NCBI GenBank assembly: GCA_965603825.1 | Contig: CBFDEM010000046.1 | Location: forward strand, 496,001 to 560,000 | Reading direction: 5' to 3' | DNA length: 64,000 nucleotides | Source: Blepharisma stoltei ATCC 30299 | Lineage: Eukaryota > Protista > Ciliophora | In this document: positions 63,103-64,000 of the stretch, one piece after another | Position numbering within the stretch: the first letter of the stretch is position 1 | Layout of the letters: each line of letters begins with the position of its first letter | Notes under the pieces: model-generated | Database searches by the model: none | Seen by the model: only the letters and a program-made list of their open reading frames with translations | Told to the model about the DNA's origin: nothing | Position numbers and translations under genes: made by a program

Positions 63103-63151
63103 TTTTTAAGAAAATATGAAAATACAGTTAAACTTATGCAGAAGTTGGTTA

Positions 63152-64000
63152 TTAATGGGCGTTTTTTCGAAGGCCTTTTCTGGTTCTCCTAGCAATTGGA
63201 CTGGAAAGATTGGTTTTGTGCTTAGGTTTGGATTTGAGAGGCTTTGGAGCTTGCTGGTTTTCTTTATTCTCTGTGTCCTCTTCTTTAATTTTTTGGGTAT
63301 TTTCTTTTATTTCTTTGATAAGTCCAAACTTTTCTTCAATTGGCTGTGGAGCATCTTCAGTTTGTATTGAAATTTCTTCTGTAACAAATGGGTTTAGGTA
63401 AATTTTTGGAATTGTGACTTCTACTATGGTTTCTCTTAAAGGGGATGTGCATGTATCAATACAATTGATATTTTTCTTTAATTTCGAAAGTTTGGAGGCT
63501 CACATTTCGTCCTTTGTTTTCATGATTTCATCATAGTTCTTTATAAGCATGTCTCTTGAAGTTTTATAGAGATCTGATTGTTTTGCAAGCATAGATTCAA
63601 CTTCTTGCGCGATTTTGGATCTAAGCTCAGACTCAAGCTCAAGCTCTCGTTGTTTAACATTTTGGAGCTGCTCTTGTGTTTTCAGCATTTCTTGTCTTTT
63701 AAGCTCTTCAATCTCTTCTTCTTTGGCTCGTAGAAGTTCTTCTAGTTCTTGCAGCCTTGCGATTTCTTGTCCTGGAACATTTCGGTGCTGTCCAAGTTTT
63801 GATTTCATTGGCTTAATTCCAGTTGTTATAGCTCCAAATTTCAAAACGCTAAGGGTTTCTTCAAAATCTTCTTTGCATTGATTAATATTGATAATTAATG
63901 AAATATTTTTATCTTCACCCATTCCAAAGAATTCTGAAAATATTTTGGTTAGTAAAGTGTCTCTAAAAGGGATCATGTCTTTTTTCCCTTTTGACTGATT
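63152..64000 (-). CDS. Kinesin motor protein C-terminal part (kinesin-6-like), 5' end beyond the window
   Basis: IPFRDTLLTKIF..FF, ININ....FEETLSVLKFGA, coiled coil, TGA 63500-63502, tail with KEN and SPIARRTRK. Stop TAA at 63152-63154. Confidence 0.85.

Overview
Gene-dense, AT-rich eukaryotic DNA, very likely the somatic (macronuclear) genome of a heterotrich ciliate of Blepharisma type. Three signals support this. (i) In-frame TGA sits at conserved Trp positions, while every true stop I traced is TAA or TAG, so many ORFs split in the track are single genes. (ii) At least 15 spliceosomal introns of only 15-16 nt (GTA...AG, with an invariant A 6 nt from the 3' end). (iii) A tRNA-Trp(CCA) gene at 2318-2390 (-) with a 4-bp anticodon stem (A27:C43 mismatch), the architecture known to let a CCA tRNA read UGA. 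About 45 protein genes are present: housekeeping genes (CK2-beta, eL27, uL23, uL22, Ub-eL40, prefoldin 2, RPN2, Rab6, YIP1, BBS1, a kinesin, CDPK), a TIR-less Merlin/IS1595 DDE transposase with an intact triad, a PhnY-like 2-aminoethylphosphonate dioxygenase, a protein resembling the plant OZ/VAR3 N-terminal domain, and two tandem gene families in birth-and-death (3 Cys-rich 4-TM genes; 8 NAD-dependent epimerase/SDR copies). Coordinates are re-annotated by hand with TGA=Trp and the tiny introns. Product calls come from motif recognition and recall, with no database search.
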